Below are positions 16,593 through 23,800 of a stretch of 34,849 bases of DNA, one piece after another (position 1 is the first letter of the stretch; every line of letters starts with the position of its first letter). This DNA is from Nitriliruptoraceae bacterium. Lineage in GTDB: Bacteria; Actinomycetota; Nitriliruptoria; Nitriliruptorales; Nitriliruptoraceae. The position numbers and the translations under genes are program-made. The DNA lies in contig SLDB01000003.1 of the NCBI GenBank assembly GCA_007125475.1, positions 1 to 34,849 of the forward strand, given 5' to 3'. A model generated the notes under the pieces. It ran no database searches. It was not told where the DNA came from and saw only the letters and a list, made by a program, of their open reading frames with translations.

Positions 16593-17621
16593 GTGGAACG
16601 ACGTGACGCCTGGACCGATCCCGGGGCCTTCGAGGTTGAGCCGGGGATCCACCGCATCCCGCTGCCCCTGCCGCAGGACGGGCTGAAGGCCGTGAACGTG
16701 TACGCGATCGTCTCCGACGACGACCTCGTCCTCATCGACGGGGGGTGGGCGCTCGACGCGGCGCGGAGCCGCCTCGAGGAGGCACTGGCGACCCTCGACC
16801 GGACACCAGCGGACATCACCCGGTTCCTGGTCACCCACGCCCACCGCGACCACTACACCCAGGCCGTCGCGATCCGGCGCGAGTTCGGCACCCGCGTCGA
16901 GATCGGCGTCGGCGAACGTGACTCGTTGGAGTCGCTGTCCTCACCGGGGGCGATCTCGCTCACCGGCCAGTTCCAGGTGCTGGAGACGTGCGGTGCCCAG
17001 GAACTCCTCGAGCGGTTGCGTGCCGCCGGGTTCAGCCGCCGGATCCCGAACGAGAACTGGGAGCTCCCGGACGTCTGGATCGAGGACCGTGCCGAGATCG
17101 ACCTCGGGGTCCGGAGTCTGACCGCGGTGCACACCCCCGGCCACACCCGTGGTCACCTCGTCTTCGCCGACGAGGCCGAGGGGATCATGTTCGCCGGCGA
17201 CCACGTCCTGCCGCACATCACCCCGTCGATCGGGTTCGAGAAGGCGCCCGGGACCCTGCCGCTGAGCAGCTACCTCGACTCATTGGCGACCGTGCGCAAG
17301 ATGCCCGACATGCGCCTGCTCCCCGCGCACGGGCCGGTCACCGCCAGCGTCCACGAACGTGTCGACGAGCTCGTGGCCCACCACGACGCCCGCCTGAACG
17401 CGACCCGGTCCGCGGTCGTCGCCGGCAGCGGCACCGCCTACGAGACCGCGCGCGCGTTGACCTGGACCCGTCGCGAGCACCGCTTCGACGACCTGGACCC
17501 GTTCAACCAGATGCTCGCCACCATGGAGACCGCCGCCCACCTCGACGTCCTCGTCGCCCAGGGGCGCCTCAGCGCCGCCGACGACGACGGCGTGACCATC
17601 TACGCCGTGGGGGCCGAGTGA
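16593..17621 (+). CDS. MBL-fold metallo-hydrolase
   Basis: THAHRDHY (HxHxDH), TPGHTRGH and GDHVLP motifs. GTG start. Confidence 0.88.
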   Translation: MERRDAWTDPGAFEVEPGIHRIPLPLPQDGLKAVNVYAIVSDDDLVLIDGGWALDAARSRLEEALATLDRTPADITRFLVTHAHRDHYTQAVAIRREFGTRVEIGVGERDSLESLSSPGAISLTGQFQVLETCGAQELLERLRAAGFSRRIPNENWELPDVWIEDRAEIDLGVRSLTAVHTPGHTRGHLVFADEAEGIMFAGDHVLPHITPSIGFEKAPGTLPLSSYLDSLATVRKMPDMRLLPAHGPVTASVHERVDELVAHHDARLNATRSAVVAGSGTAYETARALTWTRREHRFDDLDPFNQMLATMETAAHLDVLVAQGRLSAADDDGVTIYAVGAE

Positions 17622-17649
17622 GCGACTGAACGGCTAACCGGAGCTTCGC

Positions 17650-18324
17650 TCAGATCCGGCCGTAGCGCTCCAACAGGCCGGCGACCGACTCCCCGGCCTC
17701 GATCTTGGCGCGGATCTCGCCTTCCTTGGCGATGTGGGCCTCCCCGCGTTCCAGTGCCTCCTCGACGAGGTCGGCGGGGATCACGACCACGCCGTTCTGG
17801 TCGGCGACGACGAGGTCACCGGGGGTGACGACCACCACGGAACCGAGGGTGCCGGGCATCTGCACGGGCACCTGCGTCGCGCTCACCCGCCACACCCCCG
17901 TCGAGCCACGCGGCGTGTGGTAGCGGGCGAACACCGGGAACGTGGCCGGGTCGATGTCGTCGACGTCGCGCATCCCGCCGTCGACGACGGCGCCCTGGAC
18001 ACCGCGTACCCGCATCGCCCCGGCGAGGAGGTCGCCGAAGATGCACACCCCGGTCATGCCGGTGCCGGCCCACACCGCCAGCGATCCGTCGGGCATCGCG
18101 TCGATCGCGCGCGCCTTGTCCATGTCGGGGCCGCTGAGCGGCGTCGCGGACTGGGCACCCATGACGGTGTAGGCCCACCCGGCCGTGCGCTCGACACCGG
18201 GGTGCACCGACTGGATATCGGTCGACAAGGCCTGTGCGGGACGATCCAGGTCTCCGAGGATGTCGGAGAACAACGTCGTCGGGATCTGCCGTGCACGGGT
18301 GAGCGTCTCGTCGGAGCTGGCCAT
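17650..18324 (-). CDS. RraA-family protein (HMG/CHA aldolase / oxaloacetate decarboxylase-like)
   Basis: Motifs GDLLAGAMRVRGVQGAVVDGGMRD and GDLVVADQNGVVVIP. Confidence 0.88.
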   Translation of the reverse strand: MASSDETLTRARQIPTTLFSDILGDLDRPAQALSTDIQSVHPGVERTAGWAYTVMGAQSATPLSGPDMDKARAIDAMPDGSLAVWAGTGMTGVCIFGDLLAGAMRVRGVQGAVVDGGMRDVDDIDPATFPVFARYHTPRGSTGVWRVSATQVPVQMPGTLGSVVVVTPGDLVVADQNGVVVIPADLVEEALERGEAHIAKEGEIRAKIEAGESVAGLLERYGRI

Positions 18325-18362
18325 CCTGGATCCTCGCGTCGGTCACGGTCGAAGGGGGGCTC

Positions 18363-18461
18363 GCGGCAGGCTGCGGATACGCGGCAGGCTGCGGATATGC
18401 GGTAGGCCACGGGTGTGCGGCGGGCCACGGGTGTGCGGCGCGACGGGCCTGCCACGGGCGT
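18363..18461. repeat. 18-bp tandem repeat, about 5 copies
   Basis: gcggcaggctgcggatac / gcggcaggctgcggatat / gcggtaggccacgggtgt / gcggcgggccacgggtgt, then a diverged longer copy. Confidence 0.9.
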
Positions 18462-18534
18462 GCCACGTCCGCCCCGGGGGCGGACTCACTCTATCCCGGT
18501 GCCCGGCGGCGGCGCGGGCGCGCAAGGGTCCGTG

Positions 18535-18690
18535 AAACCCGACGGGCCGCCCGAGTCCCTCCAGCCCGACGGGCGGGACCCGGCCCGTCCAGCCCGACGG
18601 GCGGCACCCGGTCCGTCCAGCCCGACGGGCGGGACCCGGTCCGTCCAACCCGACGGTCGGCCCGGTCAGTCCAACCCGACGGTGACGGCG
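18535..18690. repeat. 28-bp tandem repeat, about 5.5 copies, running into the 3' end of the adjacent CDS
   Basis: Units at 18561, 18589 and 18617 (ccagcccgacgggcgg.acccgg.ccgt) and at 18645 and 18671 (ccaacccgacggt...). The stop codon 18666-18668 lies inside unit 4. Unit 5 encodes the C-terminal VTVGLD. Confidence 0.92.
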
Positions 18691-19694
18691 TGCGCCGTCC
18701 CCTGCCACGACGGCAGGAGGATCGCCTTCGTCCCCACGCCACCGGTGACGCAGACGAGGACGTCGTCGGGGGAGCGCGCCGAGGGAAGATCGCCGGTGGC
18801 GGTGACCTGGCTGCGCAGCGACTCCGGGACCCGCGAGAGCGGCAGCCGGGTGTTCTCGTAGAGGTACTCGGCGACGTCGCGCTCGCTCCACCCGTCGGCG
18901 ACGAGGTGGTCGGCCCACTCGGGCGGGATCAGCGCGAGGATCTCCCCGCCGCCGAGGACCTCGCCGCCGCCGCCGATCGCGGTGGGCAACGGCACGGCCG
19001 CCGCCAGGGTCTGCAGCAACCCCTCCCCGGTGCCGCTGACGACGTCGACGACCTCGATCACCCCGGCGGTGGCGAACACGGTCACCGCCGAGGGCGAGGT
19101 GACGCCGCGGCGCACGTGGAGCGGCCGCCACGGCGCCGGTGGCTCCCCCTCGGCGAAGCAGCACCCGAACTTCGCCGGCTGACCGATCGTGGTCATGTCG
19201 ACGGTGCCGGGGGTGGCGCCACCGACGAGGCGTACGACCAGGGACAGCGCCCGACCCAGGCTGGCGTTGACCCGGTTTCCGGGGCCGAGCGTGCTCGACC
19301 CGGCGTTCGCCCCGATCCGGTCGACGACCTCGCCGTGCAGCGCGAGACCCACCGCGGTGTTCCCCGTCGTGGTCGCCACCCCGACCAGGTTCAACCGCGG
19401 ATCCGGGAGCGCGCCCACCGCCGCCAACAGGGCACCGAACTCCGCCGGCCGGCACCCGGCCATCACCGCACAGATCGCGATCGTGCGCGTGTCGGCCTGC
19501 CGCGCCAGCGGTGGGACCACCCCCACCGGCGCCGAGGGGCTGCGGCCGCCGAGCATCACCTGGACCCGGGCCGCTGTCGGGGGGATCACGGGCAGCCCGT
19601 CGGTCAGCCCCTCGTCGTGGAGCCGGTCGACGACGTCGCGGTACGCGAGGGAATCGGCGAACCCGGCGGCGCGGTCCGTTTCGATGAGCTCCAT
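18666..19694 (-). CDS. conserved hypothetical protein (342 aa), function unknown
   Basis: Protein-like sequence from MELIETDRAAGF..., with TDGLPVIPPT and AICAVMAGCRPAEF motifs that I recall from unannotated bacterial proteins. The rest of the 674-aa track ORF is antisense shadow of the gluconolactonase gene. Confidence 0.72.
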   Translation of the reverse strand: MELIETDRAAGFADSLAYRDVVDRLHDEGLTDGLPVIPPTAARVQVMLGGRSPSAPVGVVPPLARQADTRTIAICAVMAGCRPAEFGALLAAVGALPDPRLNLVGVATTTGNTAVGLALHGEVVDRIGANAGSSTLGPGNRVNASLGRALSLVVRLVGGATPGTVDMTTIGQPAKFGCCFAEGEPPAPWRPLHVRRGVTSPSAVTVFATAGVIEVVDVVSGTGEGLLQTLAAAVPLPTAIGGGGEVLGGGEILALIPPEWADHLVADGWSERDVAEYLYENTRLPLSRVPESLRSQVTATGDLPSARSPDDVLVCVTGGVGTKAILLPSWQGTAHAVTVGLD

Positions 19695-19757
19695 CCCGGC
19701 TCCTCGGCCCACTCGGGGCAGGGGTCTAGGCTGCGGCGACGACCGGGAGGATCGCAG

Positions 19758-20642
19758 ATGGTGACGTTTCGTGCGCACGGCCAACAGCTCGGGTTCGTCG
19801 AGGGGCCCGTCGACCTGCGTGACGGCGGTGTGGTGGTCACCTCGATCGACCACGGGTGGCTGTACCACCTCGCCGACGACGAGGACGAGCCGACCCGGTA
19901 CGCGCGCACCGGTGGAGGGCCGAACGGGGCCACCGAGGGCCCCGACGGGCGGCTGTACATCGCCCAGAACGCCGGCGTACACCCCGGGGTGTTCGACCCG
20001 ACCACCCCGGTCGGCGGGGTGCAGGTCGTCGACGCCGACCGCGAGGTGTCGTGGGTGTGCCAGGACCCGATCTGGCCGAACGACCTGTGCTTCGGCCCCG
20101 ACGGGCTGCTCTACGTCACCGATCCGACCCGTACCGACGCCAACGGCACCCCCGTTCGCAACGACGGGCGGCTGTGGCGGATCTCGCCCGACGACGCTCA
20201 GGGCCAGCTGCTCACCTCGTTGCCGTGGTACCCGAACGGGATCGGTTTCGGCCCGGAGGACGACGCGGTGTACGTCGCCGACACCGGTGGGGGCCGGATC
20301 GTGCGGTTCGCCCTGGATGCCCGCGGCCTCGGTGAGCACGAGACCTTCGCCCGACTCAGCCACGGCGGCCCGGACGGCTTCGCGTTCGACGCTGATGGCA
20401 ACCTCTACGTCTGCGCGATCGGGCTGGGTGGTGAACCCGGCGACGTCGAGGTGTTCGACCGCTCCGGTGAGCTCGTCGAGGTGCTCAGCCCCGGCACCGG
20501 TGACACGCACTACACGAACATCCTGATCACCGAGGACGGTCGGGTGGTGCTCACTTCGTCGAAGCGCGAGGAGATCCTGGTCACCAACGACCTCGACGTC
20601 GCCCCGTTGCCGCTGCACCCGTTCCGCACGCCGGTGGGGTGA
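19758..20642 (+). CDS. SMP-30/gluconolactonase/LRE family protein
   Basis: Beta-propeller repeats with PNGATEGPDGRLY, PNDLCFGPDGLLYVTD, PNGIGF and PDGFAFDADGNLYV. GGGAGG lies 7 nt before the ATG. Confidence 0.88.
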   Translation: MVTFRAHGQQLGFVEGPVDLRDGGVVVTSIDHGWLYHLADDEDEPTRYARTGGGPNGATEGPDGRLYIAQNAGVHPGVFDPTTPVGGVQVVDADREVSWVCQDPIWPNDLCFGPDGLLYVTDPTRTDANGTPVRNDGRLWRISPDDAQGQLLTSLPWYPNGIGFGPEDDAVYVADTGGGRIVRFALDARGLGEHETFARLSHGGPDGFAFDADGNLYVCAIGLGGEPGDVEVFDRSGELVEVLSPGTGDTHYTNILITEDGRVVLTSSKREEILVTNDLDVAPLPLHPFRTPVG

Positions 20643-20863
20643 CACGCGCCGGCGGGCGGGGACCCGGAGGCGCCCGGCCCAGCGCACCACCGGGCCATCC
20701 GCAGGCTTGAGGCACGCAGGCTCACACGCCCCGACCGGGGGCCGCCGAGGGGCTGCGGCCCGGTGGACGACCCGGGGGTGGAACGTCTCCCCGCAAACAC
20801 CCGGCCGGAACCCCGGGGGTGTCTACCATCGCCGTTCCGTCGGCGAACGCCGCAGGAGGCGCC

Positions 20864-23800
20864 GTGTTCGAACGCATCGCGATCGTCAACCGTGGCGAAC
20901 CGGCCATGCGACTCATCCACGCCGTCCGTGAGCTGCGGCAGGTCGACGGATCGCGCCCCCGCACCGTCGCGCTGCACACCGACGCCGAGCGGGGGGCGAT
21001 GTTCGTCCGGGAGGCCGACGAGGCCGTCCGGATCGGCCCCGGGCCCGGCGAGCCCGCCCCGGCGGTGAACCCGTACCTGGACCACGACGAACTCGAGCGC
21101 GCCCTGGTGGCCAGCGGGGCCGACGCCGCGTGGGTCGGGTGGGGGTTCGTCGCCGAGGATCCACGGTTCGCCGAGTTGTGTGAGCGCATCGGTGTCACCT
21201 TCGTCGGTCCGAGCGCCGCGGTGATGCGCAAGCTCGGCGAGAAGGTCGGGGCGAAGCTCCTCGCCGAGGAGGCCGGGGTCCCGGTCGCGCGGTGGAGCTC
21301 GGGTCCGGTCGCCGACGTCGACGAGGCCGCCACCCACGCCGACGCCATCGGCTACCCCCTGATGATCAAGGCCAGCGCCGGCGGCGGTGGGCGGGGGATC
21401 CGACGGGTGAACCATCACGGCGAGCTCGCCGGCGCGTTCGTCCGCGCCCGTGACGAGGCCCAACGGTCGTTCGGCGACCCGACGCTGTTCATGGAACGGG
21501 TCGTCGCCGACGCCCACCACGTCGAGGTGCAGATCATCGCCGACGGTCACGGCGGGGTGTGGGCCCCGGGGGTGCGCGACTGCACGCTGCAGCGCCGCAA
21601 CCAGAAGGTCATCGAAGAGTCCGCCTCCACGGCGCTCACCGCCGATCAGGAGGACCGCCTGCGTGAGGCTGCTTCCGCGCTCGCCCGTGAGGCCGGGTAC
21701 GCGGGGGCGGGGACCGTGGAGTTCCTCTACCAGCCCCAGGAGGACCTGTTCGCGTTCCTCGAGGTGAACACCCGGTTGCAGGTCGAGCACCCGGTCACCG
21801 AGCTCACCACCGGACTCGATCTCGTCGCGCTGCAGCTGCACGTCGCGGCCGGCGGCCGGTTGGAGGGCGACTCGCCGCCGCCCTCCGGCCACGCGATCGA
21901 GGTGCGTCTCAACGCCGAGGACCCGGAACGGGGGTTCGCGCCGGCCTCGGGGCGGATCGAGCTGCTCACGATGCCCGTCGGACCCGGGATCCGGATCGAC
22001 ACCGGCGTCGTCGAAGGCGACGAGATCTCCCCCGACTACGACTCGATGGTCGCCAAGATCATCGCCTACGGGACCGACCGGACCCACGCGTTGAACCGGC
22101 TGCGACGGGCCCTGGAGCAGACCACCGTCCTCGTCGAGGGCGGCACCACCAACCGCGCGTTCCTGCTCGCGCTGCTCAACGAACCCGACGTCATCGCCGG
22201 GGACGTCGACACCCAGTGGCTGGACCGGCTCACCGCCGACGGCGGGTACCGGTTCGCGACCCGGGGCGACGTGGCGCTCGTCGCGGCCGCGATCGACGCC
22301 TACGAGGCCCGGACCGCCCTCGACCGTGACCGGTTCTACGCCTCGGCGGCGCGTGGCCGCCCGCAGGCCGACCCCGAGGTCCCCCGTGAGGTGGATCTGC
22401 GCCTGGGAGGGACGGCCTACCGCCTCTCGGTCGCGCAGACCGGTCCGGACCGCTACCTCGTCGCCACCGACGGGGTGCGCGTCCTGGCCGCCGTCGAACG
22501 CCTCCGCCGCTACGAACGCCGGCTGCGGATCGAGGACCAGCGGTTCCGGATCGTGGCGATCACCCAGGGGGCCGACCGCCTCATCGAGGTCGACGGTGTC
22601 CCGCACCGCATCTCGCAGGACGACGCGGGGCTGGTTCGCACCCCCGGGCCATCGGTGGTGGTCTCGATCACCGTCGCCGAAGGTGACCACGTCGCTGCCG
22701 GCGCCACCATCGCGGTCCTCGAGAGCATGAAGATGGAGACGGCGGTGCACGCCCCGTTCGACGGCGTGGTCACCGACGTCCTCGCCTCGGCGAGCGTGCA
22801 GCTCGACGCCGGGGCACCGTTGCTCCGCCTCGAACCGGCCGGTGACGACGAGGACACCCCGGCATCCGACGAGGAACGCGTCACGTTCGACGACCTCGCC
22901 CGGGCCGACGGTCCGGGACCACAGGACGCCGCAGCCGCCGTCGACGTCCTCTACCGCCTCGTGCTCGGCTACGACGTCCCCGACGACCGCATCCCGCGGC
23001 TGCTGGAGGTCCTGGAAGCCTCCGGCGACGACACCGACCGGGATCTGTTCCGCGCCGAGCTGCGGGTGCTGCACGCCTACGCGGACGTGGCCTCGCTGTC
23101 CCGGAACCGCCGGCTGGGCGACGAGGAGGACCTCGCCGAGAGCCACAGCGCCCGCGAATACCTGCACGCGTTCCTGCGGTCGCTGGACGCCGACGCCGAG
23201 GCGCTCCCCGAGTCCTTCCGCGCCAAGCTGCGGCGTGCCCTGGCACACCATGGCGTGACGTCGCTGGAGCGCTCCCAAGAGCTCGAGGAGGCGCTGTTCC
23301 GCACCCACCTCGCCCAGCAGCGCACCCAGGCCCATCTCACGGTGGTCCTCGCCCTGCTCCAGCGCCGGCTGCGCAACCAGCGGCCCGAGGCCGGGGAGCT
23401 CGCGGACGAGTTGCGCGACACCCTCGACCGGGTGATCCAGGCCACCCAGGTGCGCCAACCGGTCGTCGGTGACCTCGCCCGCCGGGCCCGCTACCGCTGC
23501 TTCGACCAGCCCCGACTCGAGCGGCAACGCGCCGAGACCTACGCCCGGGTGCGTGAGCACCTGGAGGTAATCGCCGACCCCGACGCCCCGGACCGCGACG
23601 AGCGGATGACCGAGCTGGTCGCCACCCCCGAGCCGCTCCTCGGACTCCTCGAGGACCAGGTCGTCAGCGAGGGCGGGTTGGCACCGATGCTCGAGCTGCT
23701 CACCCGGCGCTACTACCGCACCCGCCAGCTGGAGTCGGTGCGATCCGTCGACGTCCCCGGACGCAACGCCGTCGTCGCCGACTTCGTCGACCCGCGCGGG

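Noticed and set aside
15273-16853. 526-aa minus-strand ORF
   Set aside because: It is antisense to the acyl-CoA dehydrogenase and the MBL hydrolase, with low-complexity R/G/P translation.
18535-18690. 28-bp repeats as a possible CRISPR array (also 7535-7634)
   Set aside because: The units are strictly tandem with no spacers, the copies degenerate gradually, and there are no cas genes in the window.
18666-20690. Mutually antisense 674-aa (-) and 650-aa (+) ORFs
   Set aside because: Each is real over only about half its length. They resolve into two divergent genes (18666-19694 minus, 19758-20642 plus), each with SD-supported ATG starts.
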